The translations under genes were made by a program, and so were the position numbers. A stretch of 28,126 bases of DNA. Source: a bacterium (lineage in GTDB: Bacteria; Patescibacteriota; Minisyncoccia; Phycocordibacterales; Phycocordibacteraceae). Under the pieces are notes generated by a model that saw nothing but the letters and a program-made list of their open reading frames with translations, ran no database searches and was not told the origin of the DNA. Of the stretch, positions 9,230-17,913 are shown piece by piece (the first letter of the stretch is position 1; each line of letters begins with the position of its first letter). The DNA lies in contig JAZDHA010000024.1 in the NCBI GenBank assembly GCA_043806295.1, positions 1-28,126 of the forward strand, given 5' to 3'.

Positions 9230-9947
9230 AGTCAATCGCTTTACGAATTATGAGGAACGGAGTCATTTCACTATCTTGTCCGGCTGGATTATCATGCAGA
9301 ATCTCACGAATAAATTTTTCACTGATGGCGTGCGTTGATTTTCCGAGCGAGAACGCACCGCGATAATTTGCGTCTACAATTACTGTTTCGGCCCCAAATC
9401 GTTCTTTAATTTTCTTTGCAACGCCGTTCGGATCCGCAGGCGCCTTTTTTGCATACTCTTGATACGGTTCAATCGTCCAAGACATCGGACAGTCAATCGA
9501 TTTTGCCATTTTGCCATTGATGAAATAAAACGCGCCTTTGATTCCAATCGGGCGCGTGAGCGCTGAAACAAAAGTCGCAAAAAGAACGCGCGGATATCCT
9601 GCCTCCTCTATCAATAATTGCATCGCGGGAGCTGTACCGTGTCCAAGACCGCGAAATTGTGGAGTACCAGCGTAGTTCCTAACTCGTTTTGATAGAAGTC
9701 GTGCGAGCCAAGAGGTTTTTACTTCATCACGCCTTATGATTCTGCCCTGAGTAAGACAAACAATTTTTTCACTTACAAAAATAATGTCATTTGGAGCAAG
9801 ATGCGGTGCTACATATTCCTGAATAATTTCCATCAAATCATCTCCTGCTTCTATAAGTCGTGTTTTGATAGGAAGTCGCAGATAACGCTCTTTTGCGACA
9901 AGAGCTTCAAGCGATTTTCCTTCGTTCGGGACGAGATAATTGGTCAT
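9228..9947 (-). CDS. Coenzyme F420-0:gamma-glutamyl ligase (CofE)-family protein
   Basis: LPIKTRLIEAGDDL, DIIFVSEKIVCLTQGR, PADP..VA..I and VIVDAN match the family pattern. Confidence 0.8.
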   Translation of the reverse strand: MTNYLVPNEGKSLEALVAKERYLRLPIKTRLIEAGDDLMEIIQEYVAPHLAPNDIIFVSEKIVCLTQGRIIRRDEVKTSWLARLLSKRVRNYAGTPQFRGLGHGTAPAMQLLIEEAGYPRVLFATFVSALTRPIGIKGAFYFINGKMAKSIDCPMSWTIEPYQEYAKKAPADPNGVAKKIKERFGAETVIVDANYRGAFSLGKSTHAISEKFIREILHDNPAGQDSEMTPFLIIRKAID

Positions 9948-10006
9948 ATATTTTTAATAGATATTTCGACAATAATACCACGCGTTATTCTGGAACTTCG
10001 CAGATC

Positions 10007-10044
10007 TTGACACGAAGCAATGGCAGGAGTAGGATATTTCCTAC
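10007..10044 (+). promoter_or_regulatory. Sigma70 promoter with an overlapping inverted repeat (candidate operator)
   Basis: TTGACA (10007-10012), 17-nt spacer, TAGGAT (10030-10035); GTAGGA-N4-TCCTAC at 10029-10044. Confidence 0.7.
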
Positions 10045-10275
10045 ATGTCAACATTTAATAAAAAGGGAGAATCTATTATTGGCGTTACTACAATCGGTGA
10101 GAAGGGACAAATCGTTATACCGGCCAATATCCGTACTGCATTCAAACTTGAGAAAGGTACAAAACTTATGGTTATCGCGCATGAAAATGTAATGTTTCTT
10201 ATGCGACCCGCTGCTCTTGAACATATGACAAGCCACTTTGGCGCGCTACAGGCACTCATTAAAAAATCCAAATAA
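10045..10275 (+). CDS. AbrB/MazE/SpoVT-family DNA-binding protein
   Basis: TTIGEKGQIVIPANIRTAFKLEKG swapped-hairpin signature. Confidence 0.92.
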   Translation: MSTFNKKGESIIGVTTIGEKGQIVIPANIRTAFKLEKGTKLMVIAHENVMFLMRPAALEHMTSHFGALQALIKKSK

Positions 10276-10281
10276 CTTTTT

Positions 10282-11817
10282 ATGCTGCCAGTCATTGTCG
10301 CTACCCGGGTACATCGCATAAAGAAATTTCTCTTTGCACATTGGATATTTTCGATTATCACGATACTACTCATTGCCGGAGGAATCTGGTATTTCTTTGG
10401 AAGTACAAAAACCGCCAACAAGTTCGTAGAGGTAACGAATGGCTCGATTACGCAGACGGTTTCTGTAACTGGCAACACGACGCCTTTGAAAAGTGTTTCG
10501 CTTGGCTTTCAGAACACCGGCACGATCGCACGCGTATATCACAATCTCGGCGACCAAGTAAGTGCAGGAGAAGTTATTGCGGAACTCACTACTACGAATC
10601 TTTTTGCTGCGCTCCAACAGGCAAAGGCGAATCTCGCCATCGCGAAAGCGAATCTCGCCTCTCTTACAGCTGGCACGCGTCCGGAGCAACTCGCTATAGA
10701 CCGGGACGCAGTCACACAAGATCAAATAGCACTTACCAATGCGATAGCGAGTGCATATGCCGTCTCCGACGGCGCGGTACATATAGATGCGGATCAATTT
10801 TTTACTAACCCGCGTACTATAACTACTGAACTCTCTTTTATTGTGCCAGACGCGAAGTTCACAAACACTTTTGTGCAGAAACGAATTGCGCTTGAACAGG
10901 TGCTCGCTGATTGGAGTGTACAGGTATCTTCGCCGTCCTTCGGCTCAAGCGATTCTGTGATAGCAGCAACGCAGGCGACGCAAAATTTAGCACAGGTCAA
11001 TGCATTCCTCAATGATGCAGTAGAGGCACTTACTAAAGCTATCGGCCTATCTGCTGCAAATTTAACCGACTATAAGTCGGACATAACCAGTGCGCGCGTG
11101 AGTATTGCGAGTGCGCTTACAACGCTTACGAGCGCAAAGACGACACTCGTTAGTGCTAAAGGTGCGCTAGCGCTTGCCGAAGCAGGGTCGACTCCTGAGA
11201 ATATTGCTGCACAACAGGCACAGGTGGAGCAGGCACAGGCTGGCGTTGCAAATGCCGAAGCCAATCTGCAGAATGCGAAGATTTTCGCTCCGATCAGCGG
11301 CACAGTGACAGAGCTTGGTGCGAAGGTCGGACAGTTAGCGTCTCCAGGTACACCACTCGTCTCGATTATCGGTACAGGCGGATTCGAAGTAGATGCTGGC
11401 GTATCCGAGACCGATGTCGGAAAACTGACAATCGGCGATGCAGTCACGATGACACTCGATGCCTTCCCCAACGAGACCTTCGCGGGGTCGGTATTCTATA
11501 TCGCGCCGGCGCAGACGAATACACAGGGCGTCATTAGTTATCAGATAAAGATCTCGTTCAGCAAGAGCGACCCACGACTAAAGAGTGGGCTCACCGCGAA
11601 TATAGATATTCATACAGAGACAAGAAACAATGCATTGATTCTGCCGCAATACGCGATCCTGCAAAATGACAAGGGCACCTTCGTCGAGACGCTCGTGGGG
11701 AATGTTTCCACGACCAGTCCGGTGACGCTTGGCATTCAGGATCAGCAAGGGAATGTCGAGATCCTTTCCGGCGTTACTGATGGCGAGAAAGTTCTAAACA
11801 TCGGATTGAAACAATAA
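10282..11817 (+). CDS. Efflux membrane-fusion (adaptor) protein, MacA/YknX-like
   Basis: N-terminal TM helix, lipoyl half-motifs (V..GDQVSAGEVI; IFAPISGTV), a long helical region and LKSGLTA. Confidence 0.9.
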   Translation: MLPVIVATRVHRIKKFLFAHWIFSIITILLIAGGIWYFFGSTKTANKFVEVTNGSITQTVSVTGNTTPLKSVSLGFQNTGTIARVYHNLGDQVSAGEVIAELTTTNLFAALQQAKANLAIAKANLASLTAGTRPEQLAIDRDAVTQDQIALTNAIASAYAVSDGAVHIDADQFFTNPRTITTELSFIVPDAKFTNTFVQKRIALEQVLADWSVQVSSPSFGSSDSVIAATQATQNLAQVNAFLNDAVEALTKAIGLSAANLTDYKSDITSARVSIASALTTLTSAKTTLVSAKGALALAEAGSTPENIAAQQAQVEQAQAGVANAEANLQNAKIFAPISGTVTELGAKVGQLASPGTPLVSIIGTGGFEVDAGVSETDVGKLTIGDAVTMTLDAFPNETFAGSVFYIAPAQTNTQGVISYQIKISFSKSDPRLKSGLTANIDIHTETRNNALILPQYAILQNDKGTFVETLVGNVSTTSPVTLGIQDQQGNVEILSGVTDGEKVLNIGLKQ

Positions 11818-11828
11818 TTGCAAATTGC

Positions 11829-12533
11829 ATGATTGAAGTTCACGATTTAAAAAAGGAATTTCTCGAAGAGGATACCCCGACACGCGCGCTTCGCGGTGTT
11901 TCCTTCACTATTAAAAAGGGAGAATTTGTTTCAATTATGGGTCCGTCTGGATCAGGCAAATCAACACTGCTCAACATTCTCTCATTTCTTGATCGCCCGA
12001 CTGGCGGCTCATATACTTTTCAGGGCAAAAGCATTGATGATCGAGATGATCGCGAGCTTGCACGCGTACGAAATGAAGATATGGGATTTGTTTTTCAAGC
12101 ATTTAATCTGCTTTCTCGTCTTTCTGTGTACGATAATGTGGAGATTCCTCTTTTATATTCAAAAATATCTCCGGCAAAACGACGAACACTCATTGAAGAA
12201 GTTGTAGACGATGTCGGGCTTAGAGATAAACTACATACAGAAACCGGACGACTCTCTGGCGGTCAAAAACAACGCGTTGCAATCGCGCGGGCTCTTGTGA
12301 CCAATCCGAACATTATTTTTGCTGATGAACCGACTGGAAATCTGGATTCAGTATCTGGAGAACAAGTTATGGAAATACTCGGAACATTACATAATCGAGG
12401 TCGTACTATTATTCTTGTCACACACGAAACCAACACAGCTGAATTTGCGAGCAGAATCATTCGTTTAAAGGACGGAATGATTGAAAGCGATATTCCAGTT
12501 ACGAATATTCGGAAAGATCAGTTCATGAAATAA
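11829..12533 (+). CDS. ABC transporter ATP-binding protein (MacB/LolD type)
   Basis: GPSGSGKST, LSGGQKQRVAIARAL, FADEPTGNLD, VTHE. Confidence 0.96.
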   Translation: MIEVHDLKKEFLEEDTPTRALRGVSFTIKKGEFVSIMGPSGSGKSTLLNILSFLDRPTGGSYTFQGKSIDDRDDRELARVRNEDMGFVFQAFNLLSRLSVYDNVEIPLLYSKISPAKRRTLIEEVVDDVGLRDKLHTETGRLSGGQKQRVAIARALVTNPNIIFADEPTGNLDSVSGEQVMEILGTLHNRGRTIILVTHETNTAEFASRIIRLKDGMIESDIPVTNIRKDQFMK

Positions 12534-12535
12534 AT

Positions 12536-13786
12536 ATGCTATTTAAAGATGCATTCAGGACAGCAACCAGAGGTCTCATGCACGGGAAAATGCGATCTAT
12601 TCTTACGATGCTCGGTATCGTTATCGGAATCGCATCCGTGATTATTCTTATGTCAATCGGGCAGTCGGCACAAGATTTAATTCTTGGTCAAGTGCAAAGT
12701 ATCGGTTCTAATCTCATAATTATTACTCCTGGTGCACCAAATAATGGGAAATTTTCCGCTCCTGCTTCTGCACAAGGAATAGTCATTACGAGTTTGCAGC
12801 AAAGAGATGTTAATTCATTGCAACGCGAGTCGTCAATTGACCTTGTAGTACCTGAAGTGCGTGGTCAAGCAGAAGCTGTCTACGGTAATAATAATGCAAC
12901 TGTCAGTTATACGGGCAGTACGGCTGATTTTTTTGTCATTAGTAACTTAGCAAAAGTTTCGCAAGGACAAACCTTTTCGAAAAATGATGTTGATTCCGCA
13001 TCCCATGTAGCCGTTATCGGACCTGATCTCGCAAAGACCCTTTTCGGTTCTGGAATAAATCCAGTAAATAAAACCATGCGATTAAAAAATGTTTCATTTA
13101 GAGTTATTGGAGTTTTAAGTAAGGGAGGGACCGGAGCATTCGGCGTCGATATTGGTAATTTGGTCGTATTGCCGATAAGCGTTGCGCAGAAACAACTTCT
13201 CGGCATTACACATTTCAATGTGATCATCGTTCAGGCGAATGCTGTCTATGATATAAATTTCGTAAAATCGCGTATTACATTCGCCGTACGACAAAATCAC
13301 GGAATAACCAATCCAAATAAAGACGATTTTGACATACAGACACAACAAGATGTCCTTTCTTTACTCGGAAATATCACTTCAATCTTGACACTTTTCCTTG
13401 CGGCAATAGCATCGATATCACTTATTGTAGGCGGCATTGGAATTATGAATATTATGCTCGTATCCGTTACTGAACGAACGCGCGAAATCGGTCTTCGTAA
13501 AGCCGTTGGAGCGACTGAGCGCGATATATTAAAGCAATTTCTTATTGAGTCGGTTTTGCTTACTATGTTTGGTGGCTTGATAGGTATCATTCTTGGAGCA
13601 CTCATTGTTGGTGTTGTCTATCTGATACTATCTTCATTTTTCTCAATTGGCTGGGTATTTGCATTTCCACTATCAGCAGTATTCCTCGCGCTTTTCGTTT
13701 CAACTTTATCTGGTCTCGCATTTGGTATCTATCCAGCTCGCCAAGCAGCCCGCAAAAACCCGATTGATTCACTCCGATACGAATAA
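12536..13786 (+). CDS. ABC transporter permease (MacB/FtsX type)
   Basis: RSILTMLGIVIGI, VGGIGIMNIMLVSVTERTREIGLRKAVGA, PARQAARKNPIDSLRYE. Confidence 0.96.
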   Translation: MLFKDAFRTATRGLMHGKMRSILTMLGIVIGIASVIILMSIGQSAQDLILGQVQSIGSNLIIITPGAPNNGKFSAPASAQGIVITSLQQRDVNSLQRESSIDLVVPEVRGQAEAVYGNNNATVSYTGSTADFFVISNLAKVSQGQTFSKNDVDSASHVAVIGPDLAKTLFGSGINPVNKTMRLKNVSFRVIGVLSKGGTGAFGVDIGNLVVLPISVAQKQLLGITHFNVIIVQANAVYDINFVKSRITFAVRQNHGITNPNKDDFDIQTQQDVLSLLGNITSILTLFLAAIASISLIVGGIGIMNIMLVSVTERTREIGLRKAVGATERDILKQFLIESVLLTMFGGLIGIILGALIVGVVYLILSSFFSIGWVFAFPLSAVFLALFVSTLSGLAFGIYPARQAARKNPIDSLRYE

Positions 13787-13835
13787 AACACGCATTGAAA
13801 TATATTTTACTGCAATTCGCGTATACTAAATAAGT

Positions 13836-15113
13836 ATGTGGGAAAACAAGATCAAAAAAGAAGTGAAGAAATACTGGAATACACTCGGTCCTGGACTCAC
13901 TACTGGCGGTGCCGATGATGATCCGACCGCCATTGCCGCCGCCTCGCAGGCCGGCGCGCGCTATGGTCTCCAGCTAATTTGGACTAATCTTTTTGCGCTT
14001 CCCTTTATGGCGATTGTTCAGGAAATGTGTGCACGCATCGGTATCGTTTCGGGGCGCGGGCTCGCAGCGAATATTCGGCGCGAGTATCCAGCGGGAGCGC
14101 TCTATGCGGTAACGGCACTCCTTTTCTTCGCCAATGTTTTTAATATCGCCGCCGACCTCGGAGCGATGGCGGCCGGGACGCGTCTTCTTCTCCCAAATAT
14201 CAATATAGAATTGCTCGTCGTTGGTTTCGCGGTCTTATGCCTCATACTCCAAATATTTATTTCATATAAACGATATGCGAAATATTTAAAATATCTAACT
14301 TTTGCTCTGCTCTCGTATATTATCGTCGCGCTCACTGTGCATTTGGACTGGAGTCAGGTTCTCTATCACACTGTCATTCCGTCCATAACATTTTCTAAAG
14401 ATCAGATATTCCTTATTTGTGCTATATTCGGAACCGCGATTTCGCCATATCTCTTCTTTTGGCAGACATCTCAGGAAGTCGAGGAAGAAATATTGCACGG
14501 CGAGACGAGTATTCAAGCACGGCAGGCCGGCGCGAGTGCTCAGTCATTGCGCCGTATGCGCACGGATGTTTGGAGCGGTATGGCGTATTCCAATGTCATT
14601 ACATTCTTCATTACCGCGGCGGCGGCTGGGACGCTCTATATAGGTGGCGTTACTGACATCGGCACGGCGGATCAGGCCGCCGCCGCGCTCGCGCCATTCG
14701 GAGTGTTCGCTTCTGCACTCTTTGCGCTTGGCATTGTCGGGTCTGGGTTGCTCGCTGTTCCGGTCCTCGCAGGTTCTACGGCATATGCGATTACGGAGAG
14801 TTTTAAATTGAAAAGCGGTCTCTACAGAAAATTTAAGCAGGCGCATGCTTTTTACGGCGTCATAATAGTTTCGGTATTTCTCGGTATTATCGCGAACCTG
14901 ATGCATCTGGACCCAATAAAAGGCCTCATCTATGCAGCTGTCGCAAACGGCATCATCGCGCCATTCATTCTCTTCTTCGTTGTGCGTCTCTCCGGAGATA
15001 AAAAAATAATGGGAGAACACACCAATCATCCTTTCATCTCTATGATGGGATGGCTCACTATCGGTATCATGACCCTCTCCGGCATTGCCGCAATCGTCTC
15101 ATTCTGGTTTTAA
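13836..15113 (+). CDS. Nramp-family divalent metal transporter
   Basis: GPGLTTGGADDDP, VQEMCARIGIVSGRGL, ISPYLFFWQ; about 11 TM helices. Confidence 0.88.
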   Translation: MWENKIKKEVKKYWNTLGPGLTTGGADDDPTAIAAASQAGARYGLQLIWTNLFALPFMAIVQEMCARIGIVSGRGLAANIRREYPAGALYAVTALLFFANVFNIAADLGAMAAGTRLLLPNINIELLVVGFAVLCLILQIFISYKRYAKYLKYLTFALLSYIIVALTVHLDWSQVLYHTVIPSITFSKDQIFLICAIFGTAISPYLFFWQTSQEVEEEILHGETSIQARQAGASAQSLRRMRTDVWSGMAYSNVITFFITAAAAGTLYIGGVTDIGTADQAAAALAPFGVFASALFALGIVGSGLLAVPVLAGSTAYAITESFKLKSGLYRKFKQAHAFYGVIIVSVFLGIIANLMHLDPIKGLIYAAVANGIIAPFILFFVVRLSGDKKIMGEHTNHPFISMMGWLTIGIMTLSGIAAIVSFWF

Positions 15114-15116
15114 TCT

Positions 15117-15145
15117 TTGCGTTAAATGTAATAGTGTTGTATATT
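15117..15145 (+). promoter_or_regulatory. Candidate sigma70 promoter for typA
   Basis: TTGCGT-N17-TATATT. Confidence 0.5.
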
Positions 15146-15176
15146 AAATGCATTGCCCACAGGGCTTTTATTTTTT

Positions 15177-16985
15177 ATGGAAATTCGAAACATCGCAATT
15201 ATTGCCCATGTAGATCATGGGAAGACAACTTTAACTGATGCCATTCTTAAACAAACAGGCGCTGCTGCAGAAGGTGTTTCGATGGATAGTAACGCGCTTG
15301 AACTTGAACGCGGCATCACTATTTACTCCAAGAACGCGGCAGTTGAATATAAGGGTACAAAAATTAATATCGTTGATACCCCAGGACACGCGGATTTCGG
15401 AAGTGAAGTTGAACGAGTCCTCCGTTCAATTGATTCGGTACTTCTAATTGTTGATGCGGCCGAAGGTCCGATGCCGCAAACGCGATTCGTACTGAAAAAA
15501 TCATTGGAGTTGGGCCTGAAGCCAATTGTCGTTATAAACAAAATCGATAAACCATCGGCTGATCCGGCGCGTACAGAAGAACAAGTACTCGAACTTTTTC
15601 TTGAACTTGGAGCAACAAATGAACAATCCGATTTTCCAGTTGTCTATGCGATCGGGCGCGATGGTCGTGCATGTAACAATCCAGATGACCTGATGACAAG
15701 CGGAGAAGGAGATCTGACACCACTGTTAGACACGATTCTTGAAAAAGTTCCGGCGGCAAATGTTTCTGCCGATCCAAATTCGGCACTTCTTTTGCAGCCA
15801 TTTAACCTTGCGTATGATAATTTTCTCGGACGGCTCGCGATTGGTCGCATTTATGCTGGGACAGTTCGCTCAAACCAAAATGTTTTTATAAAGAAATCTG
15901 ATGAAGCTATGCGCACAGGCCGAATTACTAAAGTGTTTACTTTTATGGGTCTTAATCGCGTCGAGACAGAGGAAGCATCAACTGGAGACATCGTACTCAT
16001 TGCAGGACTTCCAGACATTTATATTGGTGAGACCATCACGACTGATGAAACAGCCATTCCGCTTCCGGCAATCGCCGTTGACGAGCCAACAATCGCGCTT
16101 AATTTTTTAATCAACAATTCGCCATTTGCCGGACGGGAAGGGAAGTTCGTTACGAGCCGTCAAATTCGTGAACGGCTTGAGAAAGAACTCGAAGTCAATG
16201 TAGGTCTAAAGATTGATTTTTCAAATAACGATTCTTTTTATGTGTCTGGTCGTGGTGAACTGCATATAGCAATTCTTCTTGAAAATATGCGTCGCGAGGG
16301 CTATGAACTTCAGGTCTCACAGCCACAAGTCATTTTCCGTAAGGAAAGTAATGGCGAGATATTCGAGCCATTTGAAGAAGTTATTATTGATGTTCCGTCC
16401 GAATTCCAAGGTGTCGTCATTGATAAATTAGGTCAACGAGCGTTCGTACTTCAGAATCTTACTCATCCGCCATCTGGAGGAAACACAGTGCGTCTTACAC
16501 TACTAGGTCCAACGCGCGGTCTACTCGGATATAAAAATATATTTATCATTGATACACACGGTGAAGGCATTCTTTCTTCGCGCGTTGTCGGTTTCAAACC
16601 ATACGCAGGAGAGATTAGGAAACGCATCGTCGGGTCAATGGTTTCAATGGCGGCTGGGAAAGCACTTGGGTATTCGCTCTGGGGTCTTCAAGAGCGTGGT
16701 CAGCTATATATCAAACCGGCGGATGAAGTGTATGAAGGGATGGTTATCGGCAACACATCAAAAGGTGAGGAAATGCTGGTAAATCCTACGAAGGGCAAGA
16801 ACCAATCTAATGTACGATCGTCTGGAATGGATGAGGCCATTGTTTTGGTGCCGACATTTGATCTTACAATTGAACGCGGTTTGGAAATTATGGCAGATGA
16901 TGAATATCTGGAAATCACTCCGAAAAGCGTTCGTCTCCGTAAACAATTTCTCTCCCAAAACGACCGCGCCAAATCCCGCCGCTAA
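15177..16985 (+). CDS. typA: Translational GTPase TypA/BipA
   Basis: RNIAIIAHVDHGKTTL, DTPGHADF, NKID, GRGELH, NPTKGK; ATG 15177 preferred over the TTG at 15153. Confidence 0.97.
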   Translation: MEIRNIAIIAHVDHGKTTLTDAILKQTGAAAEGVSMDSNALELERGITIYSKNAAVEYKGTKINIVDTPGHADFGSEVERVLRSIDSVLLIVDAAEGPMPQTRFVLKKSLELGLKPIVVINKIDKPSADPARTEEQVLELFLELGATNEQSDFPVVYAIGRDGRACNNPDDLMTSGEGDLTPLLDTILEKVPAANVSADPNSALLLQPFNLAYDNFLGRLAIGRIYAGTVRSNQNVFIKKSDEAMRTGRITKVFTFMGLNRVETEEASTGDIVLIAGLPDIYIGETITTDETAIPLPAIAVDEPTIALNFLINNSPFAGREGKFVTSRQIRERLEKELEVNVGLKIDFSNNDSFYVSGRGELHIAILLENMRREGYELQVSQPQVIFRKESNGEIFEPFEEVIIDVPSEFQGVVIDKLGQRAFVLQNLTHPPSGGNTVRLTLLGPTRGLLGYKNIFIIDTHGEGILSSRVVGFKPYAGEIRKRIVGSMVSMAAGKALGYSLWGLQERGQLYIKPADEVYEGMVIGNTSKGEEMLVNPTKGKNQSNVRSSGMDEAIVLVPTFDLTIERGLEIMADDEYLEITPKSVRLRKQFLSQNDRAKSRR

Positions 16986-16990
16986 TAAAA

Positions 16991-17024
16991 TGTCAAACAC
17001 TGTCAAACACTCGGTGTTTGACAG
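16991..17024. repeat. Palindromic element (family A-like core) with a duplicated left arm, after typA
   Basis: TGTCAAACAC twice, then TCG, then GTGTTTGACAG; 11-bp stem at 17000-17024. Confidence 0.8.
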
Positions 17025-17041
17025 GTGTTGCACAAAAATAG

Positions 17042-17077
17042 AAAGAGCTGACAACTTTTTTCGTTGCCGGCTCTTTT
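17042..17077. terminator. Probable bidirectional intrinsic terminator between typA and the 82-aa ORF
   Basis: AAAGAGCTGACAAC-N7-GTTGCCGGCTCTTT with A and T runs on both flanks; the two genes converge. Confidence 0.65.
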
Positions 17078-17083
17078 GTACTG

Positions 17084-17332
17084 CTAAACCTTGGACAAAC
17101 TCTCTTGATGTTCCACCTGCCGCAACTCCTTTTCAGTCACAGCCCAAACTTCGCAGAATAAAATCGCATCTGGTGGTGGTTCTGGAGTAAAAGGAAACTC
17201 TTGTTGTCTCTCCCTCCATTCTTTCATAATCAGGGATTTCGATTTTTCGTTTGCCTCTTCTTTGTCTGAGGCGTCAAATCGGTGAAATGCTTCTTCTTTA
17301 CCCTTTCTGTTTAAGAGCAGGATGTATTTCAT
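17084..17332 (-). CDS. Hypothetical 82-aa protein
   Basis: AGGAGG SD at 17337-17342 (minus strand); fills the intergenic space; ends at the terminator. Confidence 0.7.
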   Translation of the reverse strand: MKYILLLNRKGKEEAFHRFDASDKEEANEKSKSLIMKEWRERQQEFPFTPEPPPDAILFCEVWAVTEKELRQVEHQESLSKV

Positions 17333-17430
17333 TTTTCCTCCTAATGTACATATCAGCCAAAAACCAGCCGATTGTCTGGAAACAGATAACCATAAATATC
17401 AATGAAATGCAACTGTAGTATACTTTCACC

Positions 17431-17874
17431 ATGACCCTTGTCGAATACAAGAAAGTATTTTTGAAATACGCGCCGATTGAAAGTTTTGCGGCGGGCATTG
17501 AATTGTCCGGTCAAGAAGTAAAAGCACTTCGCAATAAACTCGGTTCCCTTGATGGTGCGCGCGTGGTGGTGCGCGGTGGTGAGGCATTTGTCGTTGGTAT
17601 GACCATTCCACCGTATCAAATTGCAAATGTTAAAAAAAATTATGATCCCGAACGAGCACGCCGTCTCCTTCTCAACAAAAAAGAAATATCAATTCTTGCC
17701 AATGCTGAGTCAAAAAAGGGCTTGACAATTGTACCAATCGAGATATATACTAAAGGTCGGTTAGTAAAGGCACACATCGCTATCGTTCGCGGGAAAGGAA
17801 AAGCTGATAAACGCGAGGATTTGAAAAAACATGATGCCATGCGCGAAACAGAACGAATTTTGAAAAATCGCTGA
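17431..17874 (+). CDS. smpB: SsrA-binding protein SmpB
   Basis: FAAGIELSGQEVKALR, R.RRLLLNKKEI, GLTIVP, GK...DKRE; directly upstream of tmRNA. Confidence 0.96.
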   Translation: MTLVEYKKVFLKYAPIESFAAGIELSGQEVKALRNKLGSLDGARVVVRGGEAFVVGMTIPPYQIANVKKNYDPERARRLLLNKKEISILANAESKKGLTIVPIEIYTKGRLVKAHIAIVRGKGKADKREDLKKHDAMRETERILKNR

Positions 17875-17913
17875 TCAATCGCAGAAAGCACATAATGGTA
17901 TTATGTGTTCTCT

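Noticed and set aside
10282-13786. MacAB-like exporter lacking TolC as a novelty
   Set aside because: Adaptor plus ABC systems without an outer-membrane channel are established in monoderm bacteria (YknXYZ type).
15155-15176. GCCC-ACA-GGGC plus T-rich run in the typA leader as an attenuator
   Set aside because: The 4-bp stem is too weak to call, and there is no leader peptide or alternative structure.
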